Below, in pieces: positions 43,631-44,889 of a stretch of 44,889 nucleotides of DNA. A program made the translations under genes and the position numbers. The stretch's first letter is position 1. Each line of letters begins with the position of its first letter. A model generated the notes under the pieces. That model was not told the origin of the DNA. It worked only from the letters and a program-made list of their open reading frames with translations, and ran no database searches. The DNA comes from a virus (Duplodnaviria > Caudoviricetes): positions 1 through 44,889 of IMG/VR virus record IMGVR_UViG_3300020161_001520. One strand, written 5' to 3'.

Positions 43631-43915
43631 ATGACGCTTCCAAGCAAAAAGAAAAAAACCTACGGACCATACAAAGGTTCAAAGGAAAACGGTGGACGCA
43701 GCATTGTGGTTCATTACGACCCAAAGACACAGAGCACTACGTCTCAAAACGCTGCCCGCCACAAAAAAGAAAAGTCAATTGGTAGAAAACTTTCAAAGAA
43801 AGAACACGTTGACCATAAGGACAATAACCATAAAAACGAATCGTCTTCAAATCTCAAGGTAATGTCTGCCAGTAAGAATATTGGCAAAGGTAACCAAAAT
43901 AGAAAGAAGAAATGA
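43631..43915 (+). CDS. HNH endonuclease-like protein
   Basis: GRKL...EHVDHKDNN..N....NL......N; ATG at 43631. Confidence 0.75.
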   Translation: MTLPSKKKKTYGPYKGSKENGGRSIVVHYDPKTQSTTSQNAARHKKEKSIGRKLSKKEHVDHKDNNHKNESSSNLKVMSASKNIGKGNQNRKKK

Positions 43916-44097
43916 TGAATGCTAATGACCGTTGTGACCGTTGCGGTGCCGCTGCTATGGTTAGGTTTACACTGTTAAATGGTGAGTTGTTGTTCTGCGG
44001 ACATCATTCAAAAGAGTACGGACCTGATTTAAAGAAACAATCAGTTTCTATAGAAGACCCTGAAAACGTTCTTCATCCAGCATTGGCTGCAGTATGA
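43912..44097 (+). CDS. small Zn-finger protein
   Basis: DRCDRCGA.A.V......ELLFCGHH, a pattern familiar from actinobacterial proteins. Confidence 0.75.
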   Translation: MMNANDRCDRCGAAAMVRFTLLNGELLFCGHHSKEYGPDLKKQSVSIEDPENVLHPALAAV

Positions 44098-44357
44098 GTA
44101 ACTTAAGTAACTCTCAACTAGGCAAGATGGTAGGCCAAGAAGAATCCATTCGTCGTCAGGGATTACTAAATCCTGACCGTGGATTTGTTGGTAATGGTTT
44201 TTGGTGGGCAGGTTATCAAACCTACGCTGACAAGATGAGTGGGTATGGCGGTTATCAAACTGCTGCTCAAAATGACCCTGTCTCTCCTATGGGGGATACC
44301 GCTTCAGTAGGCGGACCTGAAGGAGTAAGTGCTTTAGGAGGCATGGCTTCAAATTAA
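44094..44357 (+). CDS. hypothetical protein
   Basis: ATGA overlap. Confidence 0.65.
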   Translation: MSNLSNSQLGKMVGQEESIRRQGLLNPDRGFVGNGFWWAGYQTYADKMSGYGGYQTAAQNDPVSPMGDTASVGGPEGVSALGGMASN

Positions 44358-44362
44358 AAGAA

Positions 44363-44409
44363 CCTCTGGTCTCTCCCCGAAAGGTACAGGTGTACCGAGA
44401 GACCAGAGG
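44363..44409. terminator. long hairpin / terminator
   Basis: CCTCTGGTCTCTC / GAGAGACCAGAGG with an inner GGTAC/GTACC stem; the U-tract is on the minus strand. Confidence 0.6.
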
Positions 44410-44513
44410 CTCAATGCTTCTAAAGAAACATCTGCTTTACCCTACCACCTTCTTTAAGACAACACGCAATTTCGGGCTTTACTTTTTAAACACCATGTGT
44501 GTAGACTTTTTTC

Positions 44514-44783
44514 ATGAACCCGAAACTAATAGCAGTACCCGCATTACTTTTTCCACTACTTCTTACAGGATGTTCTGTAAATGCTCCTATACAAGTACCA
44601 GTGGATATTCATGACAACACCGTAAACACTGGGCCTGTAACAGGAACACCTTCTGATGGCACATCAGGCGGATTTGATAGCAATGGTCCACTTACTAATG
44701 TAGACCCTAATGCACCACAAGATATTCCAGATTCTTGGAGTGAAGATAGCGTAGACACTCCAGAAGATGTTGTAATTCCATAA
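44514..44783 (+). CDS. lipoprotein (leaderless)
   Basis: LLTGC lipobox; acidic Pro/Asp-rich body; TAGACT-N6-ATG. Confidence 0.65.
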   Translation: MNPKLIAVPALLFPLLLTGCSVNAPIQVPVDIHDNTVNTGPVTGTPSDGTSGGFDSNGPLTNVDPNAPQDIPDSWSEDSVDTPEDVVIP

Positions 44784-44889
44784 GATTTCTTCGTGTAATG
44801 AATACAATCCCACTAAAGAGAAGAAAAGACCCAATAATCCAGCAAAGATAAAATAGCTCATTTTTATCCATTTTTTATTCAAAAGCACT

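Noticed and set aside
44363-44409. Hammerhead ribozyme (branched hairpin containing CGAAA)
   Set aside because: There is no CUGAnGA core; it is better explained as a terminator hairpin.
890-44888. Many short overlapping or antisense ORFs in the supplied track (e.g. 1284..1472, 3654..3956, 18404..18649, 33866..34144, 43350..43730)
   Set aside because: They are shadows of well-supported genes, with no RBS, promoter or recognisable motif.

Overview
This is a 44.9-kb fragment of a large dsDNA bacteriophage, most likely infecting an actinobacterium. The host is inferred from WhiB, TANNNT leaderless promoters and a monoderm-type CHAP lysin; the low GC seen by eye fits a freshwater lineage. Layout: (1) 1-8 kb, rightward replication/recombination block (gp32-like SSB, PolA, RecA, two resolvases, WhiB, Cas4-like nuclease, UvsY-like protein, dNMP kinase, SpoVS). 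(2) 8-22.6 kb, rightward: small basic proteins, a metallophosphoesterase, a nucleotidyltransferase/HAD-like/TGT-like trio, class II RNR and a flavin-dependent halogenase. (3) 22.6-36.7 kb, leftward arm running from a MoxR-type AAA+/VWA pair to a tyrosine recombinase and a membrane-anchored lysozyme. (4) A 1.4-kb gene-free divergent region (36688-38088). (5) 38-44.9 kb, rightward: micro zinc-finger genes, tRNA-Gln, an HslV-like peptidase and a lysis cassette. Four paralogs of a dUTPase-fold (DUF6065-like) protein are dispersed through the window. The strongest unexplained signals are non-coding: a ~445-nt highly folded leader RNA with two similar arms ahead of the leftward arm; hairpin plus CCGCAACAAAAAATCCGC elements inside that arm; an 11-mer whose strand flips at the gene-free region; 12 same-strand AAAGCCTT copies in and next to the recombinase gene; a recurrent TTCT-WW-AGAA palindrome; and two small candidate pseudoknotted RNAs. 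All motif counts and folds were made by eye and need computational confirmation. No capsid, terminase or CRISPR array was recognised.
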